A stretch of 63,006 nucleotides of DNA, counting the filler. It is 6 parts of 6 records of this genome, joined end to end, with 100 filler letters (N's around TTAATTAATTAA, not from the genome) between each part and the next. Parts side by side here need not be neighbours in the genome. Positions count along the whole stretch, not along the records: positions 1 to 26,416 come from SRR20825010_2293; 5 more parts are not named here. The stretch is one strand, 5' to 3'. A program made the position numbers and the translations under genes. Each line of letters begins with the position of its first letter. Within the stretch, counting starts at the first letter, position 1. Below the pieces are notes generated by a model, which had not been told where the DNA came from, searched no databases, and saw nothing but the letters and a program-made list of their open reading frames with translations. Positions 9,693-19,102 of the stretch are shown in pieces.

Positions 9693-10481
9693 ATGAAGAA
9701 GATTATTTTAGCTATACTAGTATTTTGGTCCTCAGCATTTGTAAACCAAAATAGAGTTGTAGAAGAGAATGCATACCAAGCGGGAGAGTGGTTTAAGTTT
9801 AGAATCCATTATGGAATTTTTAATGCTAGTTATGCAACCCTTCAGCTTAAAAATGAAAACCTTAACGGAAAAGAAGTATTTCATGTAATTGGGAAAGGTC
9901 AAACTACAGGTTTAGCAGATTTATTTTTTAAAGTAGACGATAATTACGAAAGTTATTTTGATAAAAACTCAGGGCAACCCTATAAATTTATTAGAAAAAT
10001 TAACGAAGGAGGTCATACCAAAGACCTAGAAATTAATTTTGATTATAATAAAAATAAGGCTGTCTTAAAAGATCATAAGCACGATACTGAAGAAATATTT
10101 CAAATAAATAAGGGAGTGCAAGATCTTATTTCTGCATTTTATTTCCTAAGAGACCGCGTTGATAGAAAAACTGTAAAAGAAGGAGAGGAGTTTGTTTCGG
10201 ATATGCTTTTTGATGATGATGGATTGTTTAAGTTTAAACTCAAGTATTTAGGAAAACAAACCCTTAATACCAAGTTTGGTAAAGTAAGATGCTTAAAATT
10301 CCGCCCTTACGTTCAGTCGGGTCGTATATTTAAAGAAGAAGAAAGTTTGACACTTTGGGTGTCTGACGATGAAAATAAAATGCCCATAAGAGTAAAAGCA
10401 GATATTCTTGTAGGATCAATTAAAGCCGATTTAGAGGCCTTTAAAGGATTAAAGCATCAGTTTAAAATTCAAATGGATTAA
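9693..10481 (+). CDS. DUF3108 family secreted protein
   Basis: Signal peptide; GEWFKFRIHYG, FFKVDD, TKFGKV.C, LWVSDDEN.MP.R motifs. Confidence 0.85.
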   Translation: MKKIILAILVFWSSAFVNQNRVVEENAYQAGEWFKFRIHYGIFNASYATLQLKNENLNGKEVFHVIGKGQTTGLADLFFKVDDNYESYFDKNSGQPYKFIRKINEGGHTKDLEINFDYNKNKAVLKDHKHDTEEIFQINKGVQDLISAFYFLRDRVDRKTVKEGEEFVSDMLFDDDGLFKFKLKYLGKQTLNTKFGKVRCLKFRPYVQSGRIFKEEESLTLWVSDDENKMPIRVKADILVGSIKADLEAFKGLKHQFKIQMD

Positions 10482-11443
10482 TGGCAGTGAAACCCGAAAT
10501 TGAGGCGCAAATAGCATCATTAGAAGAAAAGTATAAAAATTCTGGTCAAGATCTAAGTTCTTATTTAGATGGCCTTCTTTACGAAAAGTATCTTACTTAC
10601 TGGGATTATATTCATTTGGATACACTTTTGAGTTTGCAAATCCCAAGAACGCATTTCCCAGATGAAGAGATATTTATTATGTATCATCAAATTACGGAAT
10701 TGTATTTTAAGCTTATTATTCATGAGCAAAAACAAATTATAGATCATAAGCTTCAAGAAGCAGATTTTTTAATTACCAAAATTGAAAGGATTAATAATTA
10801 CTATAAAATATTAATCAATTCTTTTAATGTAATGATTAATGGAATGGATCGTTCTCAGTTTTTAAAATACCGAATGGCACTCTTGCCTGCAAGTGGTTTT
10901 CAGTCTGCACAATTTAGAATGATAGAAATTTATTCAACGCCATTAAATAATTTATTACATTGTAGTGTTGAGGAACAGTTTTCAGAAAAAAGCACTTTAG
11001 AAGATTTATATGAAAATATTTATTGGAAAAAAGGAGCGGTAGATACCAAAACAAATGAGAAGACGCTCACACTAAAACAGTTTGAATATCGTTATACGCC
11101 TAGATTCATGCGTATAGCAAATGAAGTAAAAGGGACCACCGTATATGAAAAATACTTACATTTGCCAGAAGAAGTTAAAAATAACTCGTTGTTAGTCAAG
11201 GCAATGAGGGAGCTTGATGTAAATGCAAATATAAATTGGAACCTAATGCACATGGGTGCAGCATACAAACATTTAAGTAAAAAAGATCATACCATTGATG
11301 CTACTGGAGGCACCAATTGGAAAGAATATTTACCTCCAAGTTTTCAGAAAATCATCTTTTTTCCTGAACTTTGGAGCGATTCTGAAAAAGCCGACTGGGG
11401 AAAACAGTGGGTGGAGCATATGTTTAACCCTCAAACACATTAA
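10481..11443 (+). CDS. kynA: Tryptophan 2,3-dioxygenase
   Basis: YWDYIHLDTLLSLQ, DEEIFIMYHQITELYFK, ASGFQSAQFR, ATGGT. Confidence 0.88.
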   Translation: MAVKPEIEAQIASLEEKYKNSGQDLSSYLDGLLYEKYLTYWDYIHLDTLLSLQIPRTHFPDEEIFIMYHQITELYFKLIIHEQKQIIDHKLQEADFLITKIERINNYYKILINSFNVMINGMDRSQFLKYRMALLPASGFQSAQFRMIEIYSTPLNNLLHCSVEEQFSEKSTLEDLYENIYWKKGAVDTKTNEKTLTLKQFEYRYTPRFMRIANEVKGTTVYEKYLHLPEEVKNNSLLVKAMRELDVNANINWNLMHMGAAYKHLSKKDHTIDATGGTNWKEYLPPSFQKIIFFPELWSDSEKADWGKQWVEHMFNPQTH

Positions 11444-11449
11444 AACTAA

Positions 11450-12772
11450 ATGCCAAAGAATGTAGCAGCATTTTTACTAATGGCAATGATAGCCTTAGTA
11501 TCGTGCAAAAATGAAAAGAAAGAAGTAGAGGAAGTAAGCGCTGTTGAAACAGAAGAGCTTAAACCTATTGAGTTAAAGGAATTTGGTTATAATCTCAACC
11601 ACTATTTAGTAGTTAGAGATACTATAAAAGCTGGTGATAGCTTTGGAGAAATTCTACAAAGAAACAATATTGGATATCCAGAAATATACAATATTGTTGA
11701 AGGGGTTAAAGATTCGTTTAATATAGCAAGTTTACAAGTAGGGAAACCTTATACCTTACTTTGTGACAAAGAGGATTCTCTGCAAACGCCAAAATGTTTT
11801 ATCTATCAACCAAATAGTATTGATTATGTGGTGGTAGATTTTGCAGATTCTGCAAAAGTTAAAAAAGGTAAAAAAGAAGTTAAACTTGTGGAGAGGGAAG
11901 CTTCTGGAATTATTAATGGATCTTTGTATCAAACACTTCAAGATCAAGGCTTAAGTCCTATTGTGGCCTATAAAATGTCCGATGTTTATGCTTGGACAAT
12001 AGATTTCTTTAGAATCCAAAAAGGGGATAGGTTTAAAGTTATTTTTACTGAAAAATATATAGACGACTCAATTTATGCAGGAATTGATAAAATTCAAGCA
12101 GCGTATTTTGAGCATAAAGGAGAGCCTATTTATTCTTTCCGTTTTGAAACAGATTCTACAAAGCATATTGTAGATTATTTTGATGAAACTGCTAAAAATT
12201 TACGGAGAGCATTTTTAAAAGCTCCAGTTCAGTTTAGTAGAATATCGTCTCGTTATAATTTAAACAGAAGAATTGCATACTACGGAAATAAAATTAGACC
12301 TCATAAAGGAACAGATTTTGCTGCGCCAGTAGGAACTCCAATTCTTTCTACGGCAAATGGAACTGTAGTTGAGTCCACCCGAAGAGGAGGAAATGGAAAT
12401 TATGTAAAAGTAAAACATAACGGAACGTATACCACTCAATACTTACACATGAAGAAAAGAAAAGTAAGAGTTGGAGATTATGTTAAACAAGGAGATATTA
12501 TTGGTTGGGTTGGTATGACTGGAAATACCAGTGGACCACACGTTTGTTATCGTTTTTGGAAAAATGGAAGACAAGTAGATCCATTTAAACAAGATTTACC
12601 AAAAGCAGAGCCTATTGGAGATTCTCTTAAAGTGAAATATTTAGCCCATATTGAGCCAATAAAAGCACAGCTTGATGGGATGCCATTTCCGTCTGATAAG
12701 ACTACCAATGAAGAAGAATATATAACTGAATTAAATCAAAAAAATGCCATTAGCGACCGTAAACCCAACTAA
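11450..12772 (+). CDS. M23 family peptidoglycan DD-metalloendopeptidase (MepM-like lipoprotein)
   Basis: Lipobox LVSC; HKGTD, YLH and GPHV zinc motifs. Confidence 0.9.
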   Translation: MPKNVAAFLLMAMIALVSCKNEKKEVEEVSAVETEELKPIELKEFGYNLNHYLVVRDTIKAGDSFGEILQRNNIGYPEIYNIVEGVKDSFNIASLQVGKPYTLLCDKEDSLQTPKCFIYQPNSIDYVVVDFADSAKVKKGKKEVKLVEREASGIINGSLYQTLQDQGLSPIVAYKMSDVYAWTIDFFRIQKGDRFKVIFTEKYIDDSIYAGIDKIQAAYFEHKGEPIYSFRFETDSTKHIVDYFDETAKNLRRAFLKAPVQFSRISSRYNLNRRIAYYGNKIRPHKGTDFAAPVGTPILSTANGTVVESTRRGGNGNYVKVKHNGTYTTQYLHMKKRKVRVGDYVKQGDIIGWVGMTGNTSGPHVCYRFWKNGRQVDPFKQDLPKAEPIGDSLKVKYLAHIEPIKAQLDGMPFPSDKTTNEEEYITELNQKNAISDRKPN

Positions 12773-14384
12773 AACAAAAGCTTGGGAAAAACTAGAAGAA
12801 CATTATAAAGCCTTTCATAACACCTCAGTAAAAAATCTTTTTACTCAAGATCCTAAAAGAGCAGAAAAATATACAATTCAGTGGAATGATTTTTATGTAG
12901 ATTATTCTAAAAATAGAATTGATGAAACTACTATAAGTTTACTTTTGGAATTAGCAAACGAAGTAAAACTAAAAGAAGCTATTGAGAAATGTTTTACAGG
13001 CGATCTTATTAATGAAACCGAAGGAAGAGCGGTGCTTCATACAGCATTAAGAGCTAAGGCAAATGAAGAGATTTTTGTTGATGGAGAAAATGTAGTTCCT
13101 GAAGTTTATCAGGTAAAAGAAAAAATAAAAACATTTACTGAAAAAATTATTTCAGGAGAGAAAAAAGGACATACAGGTAAAGCTTTTACCGATGTTGTAA
13201 ATATAGGTATTGGAGGTTCAGATCTAGGGCCAGCAATGGTTACCGAAGCTCTTCAGTATTATAAAAATCATTTAAATGTTCATTTTGTAAGTAATGTAGA
13301 TGGGGATCATGTGCATGAAACCATAAAGAAACTAAATCCAGAAACAACATTGTTTGTTATAGTTTCTAAAACCTTTACTACTCAAGAAACATTAAGTAAT
13401 GCCACCACTATTAAAAAGTGGTTTTTAGAATCGGCTACCCAAAAAGATGTAGCTACACATTTTGTTGCAGTTTCAACAAACCTTGAAAAAATAGACGAAT
13501 TTGGAATTGACCCAGACAATGTTTTTCCTATGAAAGACTGGGTGGGTGGACGTTTTTCTTTATGGAGCGCTGTTGGGTTGTCTATTGCCTTAGCAGTTGG
13601 ATTTGATAATTTCGACAAGCTATTAGGAGGTGCACAAGCAATGGATGACCATTTTAGAGAAACTCCTTTTGAAAAAAATATTCCTGTTATATTAGCGCTT
13701 TTAAGTGTTTGGTATAATAATTTTTATGGAGCGGAAAGCGAAGCTTTAATTCCGTATTCTCAATACCTTCACAGGTTGTCTGCTTATCTTCAACAAGGAA
13801 CAATGGAGAGTAATGGAAAAAGCGTGGATCGTGCAGGAAGCCCTGTAGATTACCAAACTGGAACTATTATTTGGGGAGAGCCTGGAACAAATTCTCAACA
13901 TGCCTTTTTTCAATTAATACATCAAGGAACAAAGTTAATTCCAGCCGATTTCATCGGGTTTATAGAGTCGCTTCATGGAGATAAAGACCATCATGATAAA
14001 TTAATGGCCAATTATTTTGCTCAAACAGAAGCCTTGTTAAATGGTAAAACTGAAGTAGAAGTAAACGAGGAATTAAAAGCAAAAAACCTTTCAGAAAAAG
14101 AAAGTAAAAAGCTACTTCCTTTTAAAGTATTTGAAGGGAATAAACCTACAAATTCAATTCTTATTGATAAATTAACACCTCAAGCTTTAGGAGAAATTAT
14201 TGCAATGTACGAGCATAAAATCTTTGTTCAAGGAGTAATCTGGAACATTTTTAGCTTTGATCAATGGGGTGTTGAGTTAGGGAAACAACTAGCATCAACG
14301 ATACTTACCGATATTAAATCTGAAAAGATTAGTAATCACGACAGTTCAACGTTAAATCTTTTACGATTTTATAAAAACAATTAA
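12744..14384 (+). CDS. pgi: Glucose-6-phosphate isomerase
   Basis: [38 protein letters not shown]. Confidence 0.98.
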   Translation: MPLATVNPTKTKAWEKLEEHYKAFHNTSVKNLFTQDPKRAEKYTIQWNDFYVDYSKNRIDETTISLLLELANEVKLKEAIEKCFTGDLINETEGRAVLHTALRAKANEEIFVDGENVVPEVYQVKEKIKTFTEKIISGEKKGHTGKAFTDVVNIGIGGSDLGPAMVTEALQYYKNHLNVHFVSNVDGDHVHETIKKLNPETTLFVIVSKTFTTQETLSNATTIKKWFLESATQKDVATHFVAVSTNLEKIDEFGIDPDNVFPMKDWVGGRFSLWSAVGLSIALAVGFDNFDKLLGGAQAMDDHFRETPFEKNIPVILALLSVWYNNFYGAESEALIPYSQYLHRLSAYLQQGTMESNGKSVDRAGSPVDYQTGTIIWGEPGTNSQHAFFQLIHQGTKLIPADFIGFIESLHGDKDHHDKLMANYFAQTEALLNGKTEVEVNEELKAKNLSEKESKKLLPFKVFEGNKPTNSILIDKLTPQALGEIIAMYEHKIFVQGVIWNIFSFDQWGVELGKQLASTILTDIKSEKISNHDSSTLNLLRFYKNN

Positions 14385-14403
14385 CATTTTTTGTTAAAAT
14401 CTC

Positions 14404-14450
14404 AAAACGTAGCATTGTAATCTTAACAAGATTAATATGTTACGTTTTTT
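14404..14450 (+). terminator. Long imperfect hairpin with U tract after pgi
   Basis: aaaacgtagcat..taatctt-aac-aagatta..atgttacgtttttt. Confidence 0.6.
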
Positions 14451-14549
14451 GTTTACTTTTGTCTTAGTGTTAAATTATTTAACATTGCCTTAATGTAGGA
14501 ATCTATTTAATATAGGATTTTTGCAGCGTTAAATTAAATCAAACAACAA

Positions 14550-17183
14550 ATGAAGACAATTTACAATTGGATTTTAACAGCAGTAATTGCTTTAATTACT
14601 ACAACAGCTTTTTCGCAAGGAACAATTAGCGGAACTGTAGTAGATGGAAGCCAAGGTGGTCCGCTGCCAGGTGCAAATGTTATGGTAAAAGGTTCTACTT
14701 CTGGAACTTCAACCGATTTTGACGGTAACTTTACATTAAATGTTTCTGAAAATTCTGGAACTGTAACAGTTTCTTACATTGGATTTGTTGCAAAACAAGT
14801 TCCTTTTACTTTAAGTAATGGTTCTGCTAATATCGGAACAATTACATTACAACCAGACGCTGAAGAATTAGAAGGCGTTGTTGTAGTAGGGTCTGGTATT
14901 ATTGACCTTGCTAGAGACAGACAAACTCCTATTGCAGTATCAACAGTAAGTGTTGAAGAAATTCAAACGAAAGCGGTTGGTAACGTTGAGTTTCCTGAAA
15001 TTTTAAAAAATACACCATCAGTGTATGTTTCTAATCAATCTGGTGGATTTGGAGATTCTCAAATGTTTGTTAGAGGTTTTGACCAAACAAATGTTGCTTT
15101 CCTTTTGAACGGGCAGCCAATTAACGGAATGGAAGATGGAAAAATGTACTGGTCTAACTGGTCTGGGATGTCTGACATCGCAAACGGAGTTCAGATCCAA
15201 AGAGGTTTAGGTTCTTCTAAATTAGCCATTTCTTCTGTTGGAGGTACTGTAAATATTGTAACTAAAACTACAGACATGCAAGAAGGTGGTTTTGCTAGAT
15301 TTATAGCGGGGAATGATAGTTTCTTTAAAACCACGGCTGCATATAATACAGGTTTAAGTGATAATGGATGGGGATTCTCTTTCCTTGTAGATTACTGGCA
15401 AGCACATAGCAAGTATGCTTACGGTACTAAGGGTCAAGGTCAGAATTATTTCTTTTCTGTAGGGAAACAAGCAGGAAACCATAACTTCAACTTCTTACTT
15501 ACAGGTGCTCCGCAATGGCATGACCAGAATTTTTCTAAGGATCAGGAATTGTACGACCGTTATGGCATTAAATACAACAACAATTACGGATTTAAGAATG
15601 GAGAGTATCTTTCTTTAAGAAGAAACTACTACCATAAACCAGTGATGAACCTTAACTGGGACTGGGCAATTAATGAAAAGTCTAACTTTTCTACAGTAGT
15701 GTATGCTTCTTTTGGTAGAGGTGGTGGAACAGGAGATTATGGAAATGGAGTCTCTTATGTAGATAATGGTGACGATAGAACAGACGGAGCATATTTATAT
15801 AATAATGGACAAATAGATTGGGATTATATAACGAATGTATATAACCCAAGTATTGCTGGTGGAGTGAGTGACGGGTATAATGGTACAGTATTAAGAGCTT
15901 CTGTGAATAACCATGCTTGGTATGGTACAGTAATGAATTATGAGTATGATACGCAAAGAAATTTTAAATTTAATGTAGGAGCAGATTTTCGTTTTTATCA
16001 AGGAGATCACTTCCGTCAAATTACAGATTTATTAGGTTTAGATGGGCGTGTTGAAGCTATTGGTGGACGTCCTGATGGATATGTAGTTACAGAAACGTAT
16101 AATCCAGATCCATGGGCTGCATTATTTAACTATGCAGATAAAGACCAAAGAATTGATTACGATTACTCAGAGAATATTAATTATCAAGGAGCTTTCGGGC
16201 AAGTAGAGTATGCAAAAGATTCTTTTAGTGCCTATTTTCAAGGAGCTATTTCTAACCAATCTTATAAAAGAGAGGATAGAGGAAACTTTGATTTTGATAA
16301 CCCTAAAGAATCTGAAACAGTAAAAAGAACTGGATATAACCTTAAAGGAGGAGCTGCATGGACTTTTATTGAAGGAAATACACTGTATTTTAATTCTGGA
16401 AATTATTCAAGACAGCCATTTTTAGATAATATCTTTCCTTCTTATGATGATAATACAATGTTAGCAGACCCTAAAGTTGATAACGAAGAGATTTTAAGTT
16501 TTGAAGCTGGATATAGATTACAAAAAGGGAATTTTGTAGGTAGCATTAACGGGTACTATACAAAATGGGATAACAGATACTTAGCATTTGCTGGTAACTA
16601 TGATGAAGCTAATGTTGAAAATGCATTATTTAGATTTACAAATGTGGGTCAGTTACATAAAGGTATTGAGATTGATGGTAAATGGAGACCTACTTTAGGC
16701 TTTATGTTAAGAGGGTATTTTACAATTGGAGATTGGCAATATGATGGATCTTCTCCTGTTAATGTAATTAATAGCGATGATAATTCAGCAGTTGATAGTT
16801 TTGATGTTGATTTAACAGGAACTAAAGTTGGACAAGCACCACAAACTACCTTTGGTTTAGGTACTTCTTACGATATCATTATGGATAAACTAACTGTTGA
16901 TGCTGATTGGAATCACTATGCAAATCTATATGGATTTGTTGATGTTGAAGATGTAGCGTCAAGTTCATTAGCTGGAGAAACTTATCAGCCAGAAAAATTA
17001 GATGCTTATTCTCTAATTGATTTAGGAGCAACTTATAAGTTTGATTTCGGAGGTGATAACATTAGTATCCGAGGTAATATTTATAACTTATTTGATAAAG
17101 AATATATTAGCCAAAAAGATAACTACGGTTATTTCTATGGAAACGGTCTAACTTGGAACCTTGCTGTTAGATACAACTTCTAA
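14550..17183 (+). CDS. TonB-dependent receptor (N-terminal carboxypeptidase-regulatory-like domain, plug, barrel)
   Basis: Signal peptide; LPGANV..G.STDFDGNF; plug motifs VRGF, LLNGQP, IQRG, GGTVNIVTK; C-terminal YNF. Confidence 0.93.
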   Translation: MKTIYNWILTAVIALITTTAFSQGTISGTVVDGSQGGPLPGANVMVKGSTSGTSTDFDGNFTLNVSENSGTVTVSYIGFVAKQVPFTLSNGSANIGTITLQPDAEELEGVVVVGSGIIDLARDRQTPIAVSTVSVEEIQTKAVGNVEFPEILKNTPSVYVSNQSGGFGDSQMFVRGFDQTNVAFLLNGQPINGMEDGKMYWSNWSGMSDIANGVQIQRGLGSSKLAISSVGGTVNIVTKTTDMQEGGFARFIAGNDSFFKTTAAYNTGLSDNGWGFSFLVDYWQAHSKYAYGTKGQGQNYFFSVGKQAGNHNFNFLLTGAPQWHDQNFSKDQELYDRYGIKYNNNYGFKNGEYLSLRRNYYHKPVMNLNWDWAINEKSNFSTVVYASFGRGGGTGDYGNGVSYVDNGDDRTDGAYLYNNGQIDWDYITNVYNPSIAGGVSDGYNGTVLRASVNNHAWYGTVMNYEYDTQRNFKFNVGADFRFYQGDHFRQITDLLGLDGRVEAIGGRPDGYVVTETYNPDPWAALFNYADKDQRIDYDYSENINYQGAFGQVEYAKDSFSAYFQGAISNQSYKREDRGNFDFDNPKESETVKRTGYNLKGGAAWTFIEGNTLYFNSGNYSRQPFLDNIFPSYDDNTMLADPKVDNEEILSFEAGYRLQKGNFVGSINGYYTKWDNRYLAFAGNYDEANVENALFRFTNVGQLHKGIEIDGKWRPTLGFMLRGYFTIGDWQYDGSSPVNVINSDDNSAVDSFDVDLTGTKVGQAPQTTFGLGTSYDIIMDKLTVDADWNHYANLYGFVDVEDVASSSLAGETYQPEKLDAYSLIDLGATYKFDFGGDNISIRGNIYNLFDKEYISQKDNYGYFYGNGLTWNLAVRYNF

Positions 17184-17204
17184 TAAGATCTTATTATAAA
17201 AATT

Positions 17205-17231
17205 AAACCCCGCAATTTGCGGGGTTTTTTT
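17205..17231 (+). terminator. Intrinsic terminator
   Basis: aaaccccgca-att-tgcggggttttttt. Confidence 0.9.
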
Positions 17232-17297
17232 ATGCCTTTTCTGGAAATTTATCAGCTATAATGTGTATTTTTGAATACAAACTAAACAATCTCATTC

Positions 17298-17732
17298 ATG
17301 TATTCAACAGTTAATGTTTTACACTCATATTGGGCATATTTCACCCTTTTAGTACTTGTTATAGCAGTTCTAAATGCTATGGTAGGTTATTTTAAAAATA
17401 AAGATTTTAGCATGGCTAAGGATCTTAGAGTTAGTCTTTTTGCACTAATATTTTCGCATATTCAACTTCTAATAGGACTCGTGCTTTATTTCGTTTCTCC
17501 TAGATTTGCTTCATGGCAAACAGGGGGCGTTATGAGTGATAGTCTCCTAAGATTAGTGCTTGTAGAGCATCCTTTTACTAACATTATTGCTATTGCTTTA
17601 ATTACTATTGGGTGGAGTAAACATAAAAAAGAAACTACTTCTAAAAGAAAATTTGGAAAAATTGCTTTATTCTACGGAATCGGACTTTTCCTTATTTTAC
17701 TTAGAATACCTTATATGCTTTGGTTCGATTAA
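17298..17732 (+). CDS. Conserved 4-TM membrane protein with intramembrane histidines
   Basis: Four hydrophobic segments; HSYWAY, HIQLLIG and EHP motifs. Confidence 0.7.
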   Translation: MYSTVNVLHSYWAYFTLLVLVIAVLNAMVGYFKNKDFSMAKDLRVSLFALIFSHIQLLIGLVLYFVSPRFASWQTGGVMSDSLLRLVLVEHPFTNIIAIALITIGWSKHKKETTSKRKFGKIALFYGIGLFLILLRIPYMLWFD

Positions 17733-17786
17733 GAACGCTGTTCCTAAGCAATTAAAGGTTGGAAATTAAGAGTTACATAAGTTTAA

Positions 17787-17904
17787 CTAGTGCTGTGTTA
17801 CAATAATTTAGTGTTGACTGTAGCCCTGAGCTTGTCGAAGGGTTGTCTTTAAGATCCTAAACAGTCCTAATAAACGAAATACTAAAAAGTACATAACACA
17901 CTAG
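17787..17904. mobile_element. MITE-like element with CTAG ends containing a REP-type hairpin
   Basis: Left end ctagtgctgtgttacaataatttagtgtt; right end reverse complement ctagtgtgttatgtactttttagtatt; internal ccctgagcttgtcgaaggg (17824-17842). Confidence 0.5.
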
Positions 17905-18954
17905 CTATTCACTTTTATTAATAGTTAACTTTCTTACCAAATAGATATAAACTGGAAAATGGTCAGAATATCCGGCGTAGTAAACGCCAGAAGCATAGCT
18001 TCTCAATGGATATCCTTTGTATTTTCCAGTTTTTGTTTTTAAATAGTTAGGCGCATAGACTCCTGCTTTCCAAAATCGATACCCATTATTATCTTCTAAT
18101 AAATTCGAGGTAAAATAAATCTGATCAAATAAACTCCACTTATCTTGATACGCTAAAGAACCAATTCCTTTTTTGTAGATCTTTTCCATTGGATTGTAGA
18201 GATATGGCTCTTCTTGAATTACTTTATTTCCTTTTGTTCTTAGGATATTTTTAAATGAATTATCAGTTGGATTATCGTTAAAATCGCCCATACTAATAAT
18301 TTTTATTTTTGGATGTTTTCTAGAAACCGAATCTATAATTTGCTTATTTAGCCTAGCGGCGGCTTCTCTAAAAGGTTTGCTTCTTTGTACTCCTCCACTT
18401 CTAGATGGCCAATGGTTTACTATAAAGCAAAAATATGTTCCATGTAGGTAGCCATCAACTACAAGTTGGTCTCTAGTGTAATCTCTAAAACCTTTTTCAT
18501 TATAAATTATGAGTCGCCTGCTATGTATCGTATTCGGTATAAAGCTATCCTTTTTATAAAGTAATGCCACATCAATTCCACGTTCATCTGGGGAGTCTTC
18601 ATGGATAATTCCATAATTGCTAGCTAACAAGTCTTCGTGGTTTTTTAAATCGGTTAAAACCTTGATGTTTTCTATTTCAGCAAGACCAATAATTGTTGGA
18701 GTAGCAATATAGGTGTCGTTATTTAAAGCTTTTAATGTCTTGGCAATTTGCGCTATTTTGAGCGTATATTTATCTAGATTCCATTGGTATTTTCCGTCTG
18801 GGGTTCTGTCATCATCAAAAGTTAGCGTGTCGTTTAAAGTATCGTACAAATTTTCTACATTATAAAACACTATAGATTCAATATTATAATCGTTTTCTTG
18901 ACTATGTATTATTGAACATACGCTAATACATATTAATACAATCAATATCTTCAT
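17905..18954 (-). CDS. Secreted endonuclease/exonuclease/phosphatase (EEP) family nuclease
   Basis: Signal peptide; YNVENL, AEIEN, RGIDVALLY, NHWPSR, GDFND, FDQI, YSDHFPV. Confidence 0.92.
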   Translation of the reverse strand: MKILIVLICISVCSIIHSQENDYNIESIVFYNVENLYDTLNDTLTFDDDRTPDGKYQWNLDKYTLKIAQIAKTLKALNNDTYIATPTIIGLAEIENIKVLTDLKNHEDLLASNYGIIHEDSPDERGIDVALLYKKDSFIPNTIHSRRLIIYNEKGFRDYTRDQLVVDGYLHGTYFCFIVNHWPSRSGGVQRSKPFREAAARLNKQIIDSVSRKHPKIKIISMGDFNDNPTDNSFKNILRTKGNKVIQEEPYLYNPMEKIYKKGIGSLAYQDKWSLFDQIYFTSNLLEDNNGYRFWKAGVYAPNYLKTKTGKYKGYPLRSYASGVYYAGYSDHFPVYIYLVRKLTINKSE

Positions 18955-19102
18955 GTTTTATTTTCTATTTAACTGTAGTAAATATACTTTATTTATTTGT
19001 ATATTGGTCAACTACTAATTTATTAAGCCCTTATGTTATATAGTATTATACGCATAGAGGTTGGTGTTTTTAGTCTTCTTTGAAATAAGTAAATCCTAAC
19101 CA

